Positions 1 to 13,520 of a stretch of DNA of 64,000 nucleotides are shown piece by piece. Location of the stretch: assembly GCA_951406725.2 (NCBI GenBank), contig OX597839.1, positions 24,924,001 to 24,988,000 of the forward strand. The letters are read 5' to 3'. Numbering within the stretch: position 1 is the stretch's first letter; every line of letters begins with the position of its first letter. The notes under the pieces are model-generated. The model did not search any database, was not told where the DNA came from, and was given only the letters and a program-made list of their open reading frames with translations. The translations under genes and the position numbers were made by a program. The DNA comes from Octopus vulgaris (Eukaryota).

Positions 1-479
1 AATGAAATATATATTTGATAACACTTTAGGCTGCTCATTGCTTTAATATCAAAAATTGGAGATCAATTTTATTTTTTTTGTTGTTGCCTGTCTGTGTTTG
101 ATTGCGTTCAGTTGAGGATTCTCGTCAGCAGAAAATTTTCCCTCTTTTTTCAGATTTGAGGAGAAATCCCTTCTCCCGCCTCTGTCTTCTGACACCTCTT
201 CTATCCTTCATACAGGGACGTGCCAAAGACCCTCACACATATGCACATACACACACACACACATACACTCATGCACACACACACCACTGTAATAATAAAA
301 CATAACAATTAAGAAAAACATGATGAGGGAAAAAGAAACATATCTGTCTGTCTGTCTGTCTATCAACCTGTCTGCCTATCCTTATCTATCGATTTATCTA
401 TCTATCTATCTATCTTTCTGTCGGTCTGTCTGCCTGTCTGTCTATCTATATATGTATAAATATATATATATATCGAATT

Positions 480-832
480 GAACCAGTCAGGATCCCTGGT
501 CTGGTGGTACGTAAAAAGCACCATCCGAATTGTGGCCGAAGCCAGTGCCGCCTCGTCTGGCTTCCGTGCCGGTGGCACATAAAATACACCAATCCGACCG
601 TGGCCGTTGCCAGCCTCGCCTGGCACCTGTGCAGGTGGCACGTAAAGAGCACCCACAACACTCACGGAGTGGTTGGCGTTAGGAAGGGCATCCAGCTGTA
701 GAAACACTGCCAGATCAGACTGGAGCCTGGTGCAGCCTTCTGGCTTCCCAGATCCCTGGTTGAACCGTCCAACCCATGCTAGCATGGAGAACGGACGTTA
801 AACAATGATGATGATGATGATGATGATGATGA
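480..832 (+). mobile_element. RTE-type LINE 3' UTR fragment (family D) with (GAT)n tail
   Basis: Contains GGCGTTAGGAAGGGCATCCAGC and ends AACCCATGCTAGCATGG...GACGTTAAAC-(GAT)n. Related copies at about 1175-1355(-), 7720-8020(-), 16400-16590(-), 29070-29330(-), 31340-31590(-), 36422-36670(-), 47321-47660(-), 49815-50190(-), 52310-52540(-), 53400-53810(+), 54025-54255(+). The 49815 copy extends into a decayed RTE-like ORF end (TWDEVVKYALRMLSLMEAMTSD). Confidence 0.75.
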
Positions 833-845
833 TATTTATTTATAT

Positions 846-1066
846 CTGTTGTAGAGCTGAAAAAGAGGTAATTTCTACTCTTCTCCTCTGGAAGCCATCT
901 ACTCGCAATACCAGAGGGTGCACACTCTCCTACCCTGATGTAATCTCCAGGGATACAGGCATCCAGCAACAGGACCTCTGTAATGCCATGATGGACCGTG
1001 AAGTCTGCCGTAGCATGGTAAATTCCATTGTCTCGACCACGGTCGAACAATGATGATGATGATGAT
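846..1066 (+). mobile_element. RTE/RTEX-clade LINE ORF2 C-terminal fragment with (TGA)n tail
   Basis: Translation CCRAEKEVISTLLLWKP...SYPDVISRDTG...DLCNAMMDREVCR fits the LLLWxP...DTG...AMxDRxxWR C-terminus of RTE-group elements; the stop is followed directly by a TGA repeat. Confidence 0.7.
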
Positions 1067-1876
1067 ATATATATATATATATATCATCGTCATCATCGTT
1101 TGTCTGTCTGTCTGTCTATCTGTCTGTCTATCAGTTTGTCTGTCTGTCTGTCTATCGATATATGCATAAATATATCTTCATCGTCATCATAATTGTTTAA
1201 CATCCATTTTCCATGCTAGCATGGGTTGGACGATTTGACTGAGGACTGGTGAACCAGATGGTTGCACAAGGGTCCAATCTTGATCTGGCAGAGTTTCTAC
1301 AGCTGGATGCCCTTCCTAACACCAACCACTCCAAGAGTGTAGTGGGTGCTTTTACATGCATGTATGTTCGTATGTATGTATGTATGTTTGTATGTATTTA
1401 TGTATGTATGTATGTGTGTGTATGTTCGTATGTATGTATGTATATATGTATGTATGTATGTTCGTATGTATGTATATATGTATATATGTATGTTCGAATG
1501 TATGTATGTATGCATGTATGTATGTATGTATGTATGTTCATATGTATGTATGTATGTATGTATGTTCGTATGTATGTATGCACGTATGTATGTATGTTCG
1601 TATGTGTGTATGTACATATGTATGTGTGAGTGAGAGACCAGTGCATGCCATCAAAGTGACACTGAGGTAAAATATATGAAGCCCAAGATACCCATCATGA
1701 TTACCCGTTTGATAAGGGTACACCAGGCACATGCATCACAGCCATATATATGCAACATAGTGATCTCATACCAGGCGCGAAATCTCCCCAATTTGTGCAT
1801 ACGTACAAATATCAGAGCAAAACATTCTTTGGTTAAGCAAGTCTTGCACTGTCCAGCAGAAAACTCTACCTCACTT

Positions 1877-2093
1877 TACTCTTTATCTTTTACTCTTTTA
1901 CTTGTTTCAGTCATTTGACTGCGGCCATGCTGGAGCACAGCCTTTAGTCGAGCAAATCGACCCCGGGACTTATTCTTTGTAAGCCCAGTACTTATTATAT
2001 CGGTCTCTTTTGCCGAACCACTAAGTGACGGGGACGTAAACACACCAGCATCAGTTGTCAAGCAATGCTAGGGGGACAAACACAGACACACAA

Positions 2094-2134
<41 letters not shown>

Positions 2135-2300
2135 TGCGACAGGCTTCTTTCAGTTTCCGTCTACCAAATCCACTCACAAGGCATTGGTCGGCCCGGGGCT
2201 ATAGCAGAAGACACTTGCCCAAGATGCCACGCAGTGGGACTGAACCCGGAACCATGTGGTTGGTTAGCAAGCTACTTACCACACAGCCACTCCTGCGCCT
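1877..2300 (-). mobile_element. tRNA-headed SINE family A (about 400 bp, internal TA/TG microsatellite)
   Basis: Head GGCGCAGGAGTGGCTGTGTGG (A-box-like), GGTTCAGTCC (B-box-like), CTTGGGCAAGT, and a GTAAAAGA-repeat tail. About 20 full or partial copies lie in this window. Confidence 0.9.
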
Positions 2301-2659
2301 ATCATATCTTGAAACCTATTTACGACTTAGTGAACTGAGCCAAAAAGGGACAAAGTATTGTTTTGATGACGATGGCAGTTGCAAAACATAATAAAACTCG
2401 GGCAAATATTTATTTTAAAACATTTGTTATTAGATATCGACAAACCCCTTGGCAAAATTCCCTTTGTTTTTCTGGTCTTGTGGCGTTGGTAAAAACAAGC
2501 GAGAGAGTCAAGTGCCGGCATCGATTCTAAGCAACTCCGTTTGTGTTCCAGCTTTGTCTGAAATTTCTAGCCTTCTGCCAATCAAAGGAATCAATATATG
2601 TTTGATAGAAACGGAAAGGTAAAATGTGAATTGCAAACATGAAGACACGATGGGGGTTT

Positions 2660-3385
2660 CGTGGTGCTGGTGGTGTTGGTGATGGTGGCAGTGGTGCTGG
2701 TGGGTGGTGGTGGTGGTGGTGGTGGTGGTGGTGGTGGTGGGTGTGGTGGTGGCGGTGGTGGTGGCAATGGTGGTGGTGGTGGTGGTGGTGGTGGCAGTAG
2801 TGTTGGTGGGGGTGGGGGTGATGGTGGCAATGGTGGTGGTGGTGGTGGTGATGGTGGCAGTGGTGCTGGTGGTGGTGGCAATGGTGGTGGTGGTAGTGGT
2901 GGCAGTAGTGTTGGTGGTGGTGGTGGTGATGGTGGCAGTGGTGCTGGTGGTGACAATGGTGGTGGTGGTGGCAGTAGTGGTGGTGGTGGTGGTGGTGGCA
3001 TGGTGGTGGTGGTGGTGGTGGCAATGGTGGTGGTGGTGGTGGTGGCAGTAGTGGTGGTGGTGGTGGTGGTGGTGGTGGTGGTGGTGGTGGTGGTGGTGGT
3101 GGTGGTGGCAATGGTGGTGGTGGTGGTGGTGGCAGTAGTGGTGGTGGTGGTGGTGGTGGTGGTGGTGGAGGTGGTGGTGGTGATGGTGGTGGTGGTGGTG
3201 GTGGTTGTAGTAGTGATGGTGGTGGTGGTGGTGGCAGTAGTGTTGGTGGTGGTGGTGATGGTGGCAATGGTGGTGGTGGTGGTGGTGGTGGCAGTAGTGG
3301 TGGTGGTGGTGATGGTGGCAGTGGTGGTGGTGGTGGTGGCAATGGTGGTGGTGGTGGTGGTGGGTGGTGGTGGTGGTGGTGGGTG
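2660..3385. repeat. (GGT)n degenerate trinucleotide tract
   Basis: Seen directly. Similar tracts at about 9850-10460, 27770-28360, 31600-32540 and 59880-60590. Confidence 0.95.
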
Positions 3386-3469
3386 TGAGGAAACCCGTTT
3401 CCTGATCTGAATCAAAATACATTTGTTTCTTACATGAATATACACATGTATACCCTAAAAGACTGACAT

Positions 3470-3590
3470 ACATACATGTCTATACATACATGTCTATACA
3501 TACATGTCTATACATACATGTCTATACATACATGTCTATACATACATGTCTATACATACATGTCTATACATACATGTCTATACATACATA
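3470..3590. repeat. 14-bp tandem repeat (CATACATGTCTATA)n
   Basis: About 8 near-perfect copies visible. Confidence 0.9.
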
Positions 3591-3917
3591 TATACATACA
3601 TATATATACATAAATACACACACACATACATATGTATATAAATATCTGTGTGTGTGTGTGTGTGTGCGCATGTATGTATATGTGTATGTATATATGTGTA
3701 TACTCATATACACACACTCTTGCATAGCTATAATATAATTTATTTATAGTTTTCCAAAGAAATTCGTGAAAACTATCATGCAACAACAACAAAAAAAAAA
3801 AATGAATGTATAATTATGTAGAGTGTATATTCATTGATGTATAATTAATGACTTCACAGTTTTGCAGTAAGGTATTTAACTATTAATATCTATATATATG
3901 ATATATAATATAATATG

Positions 3918-4050
<133 letters not shown>

Positions 4051-4197
4051 GCACACACACATGTATATATATACACACAAACATACACACACATATATAT
4101 ATATATACATATATTTATATATGCATAGCAATCTGTCCATCTGCCAAATTGTAACTGAGTCATGCTGTTAATACATGCATACATACATACATACATA

Positions 4198-4705
4198 TGG
4201 TGGCTGCCCCCTCGTTATCGAGTATGGCCATTGCACGAAGCTTAATCGATGTTGTTATCGTCCAATGCCTGTGCAAGAAGATATTTTTTTAAAGTGAGGA
4301 AAGGCTGTGCACTGAGTCAATCCCACTCACTAAGCAACAGCAGCCATAATCCGAAAAGAAGAACAAGTCAACATCATCGGTAACCACTGAGCCGCAGGTT
4401 TTCTGTCGAAGTTATCCCAGTCACCTGAGTTACCTTCTCCTAGAAGGATACCCTAACAAAGGCTAGGAGTCCATCACTCCCAACGGTTTAACCGAGCGAT
4501 CGGGTATTCAGTCCGATTATTTCTATGTCCCCGCGCATGATACAGCCTTAAGACATTTATTGGATGGCCGTTGACTCTCAAGAGTTCCCCCGCCCTTTGA
4601 CGGGTTTTGTTTTTCTTCCCGCAGGGTGTCCAATAAACACCCTCCTCACCAAGCAAGCTTGGTGGGGTTGCCGATTTAGTCACCAACGACCTGACCATGC
4701 AACCA
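4198..4705 (-). mobile_element. Non-coding RTE-related element (putative 5' UTR plus 3' end) in a (TACA)n tract
   Basis: The minus-strand 3' end CTCGATAACGAGGGGGCAGCCA resembles the RTE 3' end at 50720-50746 (CTCGACCTTGAGGGATTGCCA). Both flanks are TACA repeats and the 5' part is highly base-paired. Confidence 0.55.
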
Positions 4706-4721
4706 TACATACATACATACT

Positions 4722-5196
4722 TACTTGGTATAAAAGATGGGCTGCAGCAAATATTCTGCTCAATACCACAGATTTGCTTGTCAGTTGTTTGACCTTAACC
4801 AGTTGAGCATGTCCTTTAGTGTGGACGATATGTGCATCTCTGATCATGAGCAGAAGTAGTGGGGGTGCATCATAGCCATGTGTTGAGAGGAATTCTCTGG
4901 GGTTTCGATAATTCACTTCTGGAAACATGGATGTTTTGTTCAACATCCTTAAACAACCCTTATTCAGGGACCTTTTGAGTGGGATGAGCTACTCGACCTG
5001 AAGAAAATTCCTACTGGGCCCCACATGCAAGGTCATGCACCTTTTATCATGATATGAGATCACCATGTTGCACACATATGGCTGTGATGCATGGGCCTGG
5101 TGTACTCTTATCAGACGGGTAGTCATGATGGGTATACTGGGCTTCATATATTTTATCCCAGTGTCACTTTGATGGCATGCACTGCACTCTCACTCA
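4722..5196 (+). mobile_element. Interspersed repeat family F (probable LINE ORF end plus long 3' UTR)
   Basis: Closely similar copy at 13583-14066 followed by (AAT)n, and a partial inverted copy at 1626-1772. Begins with an ORF-end-like TWYKRWAAANILLNTTDLLVSCLTLTS*. Confidence 0.7.
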
Positions 5197-5653
5197 CACG
5201 TACATATGTACATACATACGAACATACATACATACATACATACATACATACATACACACATACATACATACATACACACACACATACATACATACATATA
5301 TTCATATATACATACATACATACATACATATATTGACCAGCAACCTGTTGTAAATGCATGAAGCATGACATTGATGCTAAGAATATCTACAATGCAGGAC
5401 TCCTCTGGGGGACATACCAAATGCATACAAAAACCAGAGGGGTTCCAAACTTTTAAGAATAAAGAATTTTGGTGGAACATTCCAATAAAAACAGCAATTT
5501 AGAGTAAGAAAAACAGGCAGATTTGGTAGATATGCAAATTTTTTGTTTGTCTTTTGGAATTTTAAATAAAACCTCATATTAAAGGTTTTCGTCTCATATC
5601 CCTTTTTTTTTGTAAAAATTACAATTAATAAATAATTTATAAGTATTTTCAAA

Positions 5654-5786
5654 TAGGCACAGGAGTGGCTGTGTGGTAAGTAGCTGGCTTATCAACCACA
5701 CGGTTCCGGGTTCAGTCCCACTGTGTGGCACCTTGGGCAAGTGTCATCTTCTGTAGCCTCGGTCCAGAAACTGAAAGAAGCCCGTC

Positions 5787-5830
<44 letters not shown>

Positions 5831-6090
5831 ATATATGTGTGTGTGTGTTTGTGTGTCTGTGTTTGCCCACCCCCCCAACATCGCTTGACAACCGATGCTG
5901 GTGTGTTTATGTCCCTGTTACCTATCGGTTCAGCAAAAGAGACCGATAGAATAAGTACTAGGCTTACATGCATTTACTAGGCTTACAAAGAATATGTCCT
6001 GGGATCGATTTGCTAGACTAAAAAGGTGGTGCTCCAGCATGGCCGCAATCAAATGACTGAAACAAGTAAAAGAGTAAAGAGTAAGGAGTT
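5654..6090 (+). mobile_element. SINE family A copy, internally deleted
   Basis: Same head and tail as the other family A copies. Confidence 0.85.
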
Positions 6091-6400
6091 ACTTTTCAAT
6101 CACTCTGTTGTTGTATGAAGCATTGATTAAAAGAGGTCAGCTGCTAAACAGATGTGAATTCCTCATCATGTAAACTTGAAAGATCTCATTCGTTTTGTCT
6201 TATTGAGGACTCGACAACCTCTGTAGTGTCTCTGCCACATCAATATATGCTCACTTAGCCAAACAAAGTTATTGGTGCTGGGAAGGGCATCCAGCCATAG
6301 AAACCATGCCAAAACAGACATGTATGTACAAGCATTTGCTTATGAATATATAAACATGTGTGTGTGTGTTTATATTTATGTATCTGTATACGCATATGGG

Positions 6401-6704
6401 TGGAGGCGCAATGGCCCAGTGGTTAGGGCAGCGGACTCGCGGTCGCAGGATCGCAGTTTCGATTCCCAGATGGGGCGTTGTGAGTGTTTATTGAGCGAAA
6501 ACACCTAAAAAGCTCCACGACGCTCCGGCAGGGGGTGGTGGCGATCCCTGCTGTACTCTTTCCCCACAACTTTCTCTCACTCTTTCTTCTGTTGGCCTGC
6601 TCGCTTAGCCAGCGGGGTGGCATCATTTGAAGGCTAAAACAGTGCAAACGCATTGTGACCAGCGATGTGTAACAACATCTAATGGTCTGGTCGGTCACAT
6701 GATA
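6401..6704 (+). mobile_element. tRNA-headed SINE family B, tail type 2
   Basis: Head GGAGGCGCAATGGCCCAGTGGTTAGGGCAGCGGACT...GTTTCGATTCC. A copy with the same tail lies at 15461-15760(-). Confidence 0.85.
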
Positions 6705-6744
6705 TGTATATGGATACATGTATCTCGGCTGACACACACTGTTT

Positions 6745-7002
6745 TGGGGTTTCAAAAGTCCACAAATGTTCAGCATTCAGCCAAATAACCTCAGAGATGT
6801 GGTGGTCTTGAAAGAGCATCTGGATAGCTTTTTATCTGAAACACCAGATGAACGCACATGGTTGGATGAGGCAGAAAGGAGGGCGGCTCAGTCTGACTTG
6901 TTGTTTCACCAAGAACAGTACAGAAAAGTAACCCAAGCACACTGAAGAGTGGTGCTCCAGCATGACCTCAGCCTCTGGTTGAAACTAGTAAAGGATAAAA
7001 GA
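6745..7002 (+). mobile_element. CR1-group LINE 3' end
   Basis: Translates to WGFKSPQMFSIQPNNLRD...LKEHLDSFLSETPDE...RAAQSDLLFHQ*, followed by a GGTGCTCCAGCATG...TGAAAC tail. Confidence 0.7.
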
Positions 7003-7114
7003 TGTGTGTGTTTGTGTCAACTTGAGTAAGAAACACTCGCCCACCAAGGTTCCACACAATGGGACTGAACCTGAAACCATACCTGCACCTATATGCATAC
7101 ATACATATGTGCAT

Positions 7115-7678
7115 GTGTGGTAAGTAGCTTGCTAACCAACCACATGGTTCCGGGTTCAGTCCCACTGCGTGGCACCTTGGGCAAGTCTCTTCTGCTATAG
7201 CCCCAGGCCAACCAATGCCCTGTGAGTGGATTTGGTAGACGGAAACTGAAAGAAGCCCGTCGTATATATGTATATATATATAATAATGATAATAATAATA
7301 ATAATAATTGTGTACAGTGCTCAGGTGCACTACAACTCATCTAAAGTGTATATATAATCAGGTGTAGTTTCGACGGATTTCGGGAAGCATGAGGGCCTTA
7401 AAGGATGCAGTGTCATGGCAGTCAACAACTGATTCAGGCAGTTTATTCCACGCTTCAGCTGTGTGTAGGTTTGTGTGTCTGTGTTTGTCCCCCCAACATT
7501 GCTTGACAACCGATGCTAGTGTGTTTACGTCCCCGTTACTTAGTGATTCGGCAAAAGAGACCGATAGAATAAGTACTGGGCTTACAAAAGAATAAGTCCC
7601 GGGGTCGAGTTGCTCGACTAAAGGCGGTGCTCCAGCATGGCCGCAGTCAAATGACTGAAACAAGTAAAAGAATAAGAG

Positions 7679-7680
<2 letters not shown>
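7115..7680 (+). mobile_element. SINE family A with a nested CR1 fragment
   Basis: The two SINE halves flank an insert at 7281-7460. Confidence 0.85.
7281..7460 (-). mobile_element. CR1 LINE 3' end with (TTA)n tail
   Basis: AEAWNKLPESVVDCHDTASFKALM matches the CR1 WNxLPxxVV...FK motif. Confidence 0.75.
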
Positions 7681-7712
<32 letters not shown>

Positions 7713-8090
7713 CAGAAACATCATCATCATCATTGTTTAACGTCAGCTTTCCATGCTAGCATGGGTTGGACAATTTGACTGAGGACTAGCAAACCAGATG
7801 GCTGCACCAGGCTCCAATCTTGATCTGGCAGAGTTTCTACAGCTGGATGCCCTTCCTAATGCCAACCACTCCCAGTGTGGTAGTGGGTGCTATTACATGC
7901 CACTGGCACGAGGGCCAGTCAGGTGGTACTGGCAACATCCCAGCTTAAATGGTGTTTTTATGTGCCACCTGCACAGGAGCCAGTCCAGCAGCACGGGCAA
8001 TGACTTCGCTCGAATGTTTTTTTCCTGTGTATATATGTATATACATATATATGCATATATATATACATATACATATATATATACATATAC

Positions 8091-8146
<56 letters not shown>

Positions 8147-8149
8147 GCA

Positions 8150-8552
8150 TATATGGGTACAGGACATCACCAAACAGTAAAGAACATGAAATACGAAAGC
8201 AAGTGAGTTCAATACGCAAACAACGAGAGAAACAAATGGAAAATAGGACAAGTAACACAAAGAACGACCCTTCATCAGTTGTCGGCTGTCTGTCTATTCT
8301 TCATTTCGAGCATTGAACGGCAATATGAGTCTTCAAAGACAGTTGCTCCCATAAGTGCAAAAATAAAATTCTGGATTTATGGAGGGTCAAAGTCAGGAAC
8401 AAAAACAGGACAGTGGAGACATACCAAGGAAAGCAGACATGAAGAGTTGTTAGACCAGAACAAGGGTAAAATAGCGAATGCTGGAGAAATATTTTCTCTG
8501 AAAAGAGAGAAAAAACAGAAGAGAGAGATAGAATACATATCATATATATATG

Positions 8553-8583
<31 letters not shown>

Positions 8584-8767
8584 TTGAGTAATTGAATGAA
8601 TTATCTTATTAAGGATAATTCGAAAGATAACTGATACCTGGGTAGCAAATTCAATCTGCATAATGTACTCCTTATTCCTTCGGAATTAGGAATATGCAGC
8701 CTTCGAAACATATGTCGAGAATAAAGGATATTTGTTAACTAGTCGTTCAACTCCATTCTTTCATATA

Positions 8768-8770
<3 letters not shown>
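8150..8770. mobile_element. Penelope-like/unclassified fragments between TA tracts, including the 3' half of a hammerhead (8657-8730)
   Basis: 8660-8765 is homologous to the hammerhead element at 39310-39420 (CTTCGAAACATATGTCGAGAATAAAGGA) but lacks CTGATGA. Confidence 0.55.
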
Positions 8771-8806
<36 letters not shown>

Positions 8807-8991
8807 ATGTATATATATATATATATGTATGTATGTATGTTCCTTTCACAATGTGTGGAGCTAATACATTTCTTATGCATGATCTCAAGTTGTTCGTTTT
8901 TATTCAGTTATTTGAACTATTTGTTTATTTGAATTGACGAGATAGATTGATAGATATAGATATAGATATATATATATATATATCTTTTTTT

Positions 8992-9225
8992 TTCAATTCA
9001 ATTCAATTTTTGTTGGCTCAAAAAGCAAAAGCAAGGCCATGTAGAGGGACAGGGAGTTATGTACAGAGAGGGTGGTCATACAAAGAGTTCAGGCCATTTC
9101 TGGTCAAGGGAGACTTTGAACCGAGCAGTCGTTGGCATCTTCACTAGCTCGTCCGGCAGCTTATTCCACGGATCCGCAACCCAGACGGAGAAAGCCCCTC
9201 TCCTTCGATCGAGATGAAATCGTCA
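8992..9225 (-). mobile_element. CR1 LINE 3' end with (ATTGA)n tail
   Basis: RFHLDRRRGAFSVWVADPWNKLPDELVKMPTTARFKVSLDQKWPELFV*. Confidence 0.8.
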
Positions 9226-10717
9226 TAAACATATATATTAGTATCAATGTATCTATCTATCTATGATTTTGATTTTTTGATTTTTCCAGTTTCAGCTCAT
9301 GAGCTGTGGCCATGCTGGGGCACTGCCATATATACATATATATACACACACATATGTATAAATACATATGCGTGCATGGGTATGTACTGTATATAATAGG
9401 TTTCTTAGGTCAGGAGTGACCAGGACAGGGGTGGCTGGAATAAACAACAACAACAACAACGACAACCCCTATTTTGAGGTAGAGATAGGTTTAGGGGTAA
9501 ATAACAGACAGTCATATCTGAAAAGTCTATATACAACCAGAAAAATATGAAAATAAACCAAAAAACAAAACAAAAGAAGAAAGGCTAAAAATATATAGAA
9601 AAATATTATATTTTTAAAAAAAAAGCGAAAAGAAAAAACAAGTTTTACATTAATTCCAAAACAGTGAATTCTTGGTTAATCCAATTTGAAAAAAAGAGAA
9701 AAATATTCCTGAAAGTGTCTGAAGAATTGAAGATGGCAAAATGAAAGTGATGAAGAGAGATGAGAACGGGAAAGAATTCATGTTTTATATATTCAACACT
9801 GCGATACACGACAAAGTGAAGTCTCGCAGGAATTAAAGACAAAGGAGTAGTAGCAGCAGCAGTAGCAGCAGCGGTGGTGGTGGCAGTGGTTTAAGGGTGG
9901 CGGTGAGGATAACAGATTAATGATTGCGGTAATGGTAGTGATGGTGGTAACAGCGGTAGTGGTGGTGGTGGTGGTGGTAGTTGTGGCGGGGTAGTGGTAG
10001 TGGTGGTAACAGCGGTAGTGGTGGTGGTGGTGGTGGTAGTTGTGGCGGGGTAGTGGTAGTGGTGGTAGTCGTGGTCGTTGTGGTGGTGGTGGTGGTGGTT
10101 GTGATAGTGGTTGTGGTGGTGCTGGTGGTGGTGGTGGTTGTGATAGTGGTTGTGGTGGTGGTGGTTGTGGTTGTGGTGGCGGTGGTGGTTGTGGTTGTGG
10201 TTGTGATAGTGGTTGTGGTGGTGCTGGTGGTGGTGGTGGTAGGTGGTGGTGGTTGTGATAGTGGTTGTGGTGGTGGTGGTGGTGGTGGTGGTGGTGGTGG
10301 CGGTGGTGGTTGTGGTTGTGATAGTGGTTGTGGTGGTGATGGTAGTCGTGGTGGCGGTGGTGGTTGTGGTTGTGATAGTGGTTGTGGTGGTGGCGGTGGT
10401 GGTGATGGTAGTCGTGGTGGCGGTGGTGGTTGTGGTTGTGGTGGTGGTGGTGGTTGTCATAGTAGATAGGAGAGAGAGTGGTGGTAGAGGAGCAGGGAAA
10501 AGTATAACTTGCATGCTAAGGTAGACGAAGCCAAGTATTGGCAGAGGGGGAGGGTGAGGAACCAAAAACAGCCAAAAAAAAATTTTAATAATAATAAATA
10601 ATAAAAAAGGAAAAACGATTATTTTTTGCTTTTTTTTTTTGCATTTTCGAGAAATACAAAGACACATTTCGGTATTTACAGAAAATGTCAATTTATAGAT
10701 TGGTTTAAAAAAAAAAA

Positions 10718-11126
10718 GAGAAGAAGAAGGAGGAGGAGGAGGAGGAGGAGAAGAAGAAGAAGAAGAAGAAGAAGAAGGAGAAGGAGAAGAAGAAGAAGAA
10801 GAAGAAGAAGAAGAAGAAGAAGAAGAAGGAGGAGGAGAAGAAGAAGAAGATGAAGGAGAAGGAGAAGAAGAAGAAGAAGAAGAAGAAGAAGAAGAAGAAG
10901 AAGAAGAAGAAGAAGAAGGAGGAGAAGAAGAAGAAAAAGAAGAAGAAATGAAAGAAGAAGAAGAAGAAATGAAAGAAGAAGAATTAGAAGAAGAAGAAGA
11001 AGAAAGAGAAGGAGAAGAAGAAGAAGAAGAAGAAGAAGAAGAAGAAATGAAAGAAGAAGAATTAGAAGAAGAAGAAGAAGGAGAAGGAGAAAGAGAAGAA
11101 GAAGGAGAAGAAGAAGAAGAAGAAGA
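10718..11126. repeat. (GAA/GGA)n purine tract
   Basis: Seen directly. Similar tracts at 37680-38045(-), 49430-49780(-) and 63108-63210. Confidence 0.95.
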
Positions 11127-11665
11127 TGGGTGTGAAGAAAGAATTTGTTGAGGAAAAAGAAGGAGGAATCACAACAGAAATCAATTGTTAATAATTTCGG
11201 AAAGAGAGAGAGTAAAGGATGCTGATAAATGTCGATGATGGAAGAGTTTAATCTTTTGAGAAATAAAGCTGACGAGGAAAAAATATTGATAATCTTTCAC
11301 TTAGAAACCTAGTCAACCCACCACATACACCACTACCTCTCTCTCTCTCTCTCTCTTTTTGTATCTCTGTCTGTCTGTCTGTCTCTCTCTCTATAGATAT
11401 GTATATATATGTCTCTGTCTTCCCAGCTCTCTGTCTCTGTCTCACTCCCTCTCTATGTTTCTCTCTCTCTCTCTCTCTCCGTCTCTCTCTCTCTGTTTCT
11501 CTCTATATATATACATGTATATACATTTATATATATATATATACATATACACACATATACATTTATATAAATATATATATATACATTTATATAAATATAT
11601 ATATATATACATATATATATACACATATACACATATACAGTTATATAAATATATATATATACATT

Positions 11666-11719
<54 letters not shown>

Positions 11720-11743
11720 CATTTATATATATATATATACATT

Positions 11744-11791
<48 letters not shown>

Positions 11792-12103
11792 TATATATCT
11801 ATTTATATATGTATATCTGTATGTGTGTGTATGTATCGCTATCCTTCTCTCTCTCTCTCTCTCTTTCTTTCTTCTCTCTCATAATAAACTCTTTATGGGA
11901 TTCTTTCTTCAGAGTGCATTCTGATTTATTCTCACCATAATATCATTTCATATGGAGATATGTATCATATCACCATTATGTCACATATTTTATATCCTCT
12001 AGTGTCTATCACAAAGTGTGGTCTTCAAGTTTTGCCAAACAGCTTATTCAACCATTTGACCAAGATGTTGGCCAACACGAAACTTTACCAGAAATTTTAC
12101 TCA

Positions 12104-12502
12104 AGGCGCAGGAGTGGCTGTGTGGTAAGTAGCTTGCTTACCAACCACATGGTTCCGGGTTCAGTCCCACTGCGTGGCACCTTGGGTAAGTGTCTTCTGC
12201 TATGGCCCCGGGCCGACCAATGCCTTGTGAGTGGATTTGGTAGACGGAAACTGAAAGAAGCCTGTTGTATATATATATATATATATGTGTGTGTGTTTGT
12301 GTGTCTGTGTTTGTCCCCCTAGCATCGCTTGACAACCGATGCTGGTATGTTTACGTCCCCGTTCCTTAGCGGTTCGGCAAAAGAGACCGATAGAATAAGC
12401 ACTGGGCTAACAAAGAATAAGTCCCGGGGTCGATTTGCCCGACTAAAGGCGGTGCTCCAGCATAGCCACAATCAAATGACTGAAACAAGTAAAAGAGAGT
12501 AA
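12104..12502 (+). mobile_element. SINE family A copy
   Basis: Full head, body and tail; another copy at 12963-13352. Confidence 0.9.
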
Positions 12503-12560
12503 CTCTCTGTAGAGATTCTCCTTCATAGGAAGCATTCTACTATTCTTCTTAAACTTGCTC

Positions 12561-12787
12561 TAATCCTTTAGGATTTAAACTGGCCATATCCGGTACAAAT
12601 ATTCTACCTGTTTTTAATCAAACTGGTCAGATCTAGCCCTTCATGCCTACCCTACAATGTCATTTCTAAAACTAAATAATCCAATCATTGAAATCTCAAA
12701 GCTAAGAGATAATCCATGATTAATTCAAAACAATGTGAATTGACACGGATTACATTTGACAGAGAATTCTGAATGCTAGAGGGTTAA
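12561..12787. mobile_element. piggyBac-like MITE (about 225 bp), decayed
   Basis: The ends TAATCCTTTAGGATT and AATGCTAGAGGGTTAA form imperfect TIRs with a terminal TTAA. Further partial copies run to 13520 and lie at 34190-34410, 34700-34760, 35078-35350 and 36050-36210. Confidence 0.6.
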
Positions 12788-13520
12788 TGTTAATGATATA
12801 TACATCAATAATATATACATATATTAAATATTCTACCTGCTTTCTGCTGGCCAGATCTAGCGTCTCATGCATACCCTACAATGTCATTCTAAAAGTAAAC
12901 AATTACATCATTGAAATCTCAAAGCTAAAAGATAATCCATGATTAGTGGAAAGCAATGTAAATAGGCGCTGGAGTGGCTGTGTGGTAAGTAGCTTGCTAA
13001 CCAACCACATGGTTCCGGGTTCAGTCCCACTGCGTGGCACCTTGGGCAAGTGTCTTCTGCTATAGCCTCGGGCCGACCAATGCCTTATGAGTGGATTTGG
13101 TAGACGGAAACTGAAAGAAGCCCGTCGTATATATGTATATATATATGTGTGTGTCTGTGTTTGTCCCCCTAGCATTGCTTGACAACCGATGCTGGTGTGT
13201 TTACGTCCCCATTACTTAGCGGTTCAGCAAAAAGAGACTAATAGAATAAGTACTGGGCTTACAAAAAGAATAAGTCCCAGGGTCGAGTTGCTCGATTAAA
13301 GGCGGTGCCCCAGCATGGCCGCAGTCAAATGACAAACAAGTAAAAGAGTAAAATAAGCATTATATTTGACAGAGTAATCTGAATGCTAGAGGGTTAAATA
13401 TTTTACTGTTTTATATTTTACCAGCTGGATCTGACTTCTCGCACCAATCCTACAATGTCATTCTAAAAATAAACAATCTCCTTATTGAAATCTCAAAGCT
13501 GAGAGACAGTGCATGATTAT

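Noticed and set aside
2065-2391. Recurrent ORF ...RRASFSFRLPNPLTRHWSARG...
   Set aside because: It is the antisense translation of SINE family A.
8255-8290. CTGATGAAGGG on the minus strand
   Set aside because: No closing stem II-GAAA found.
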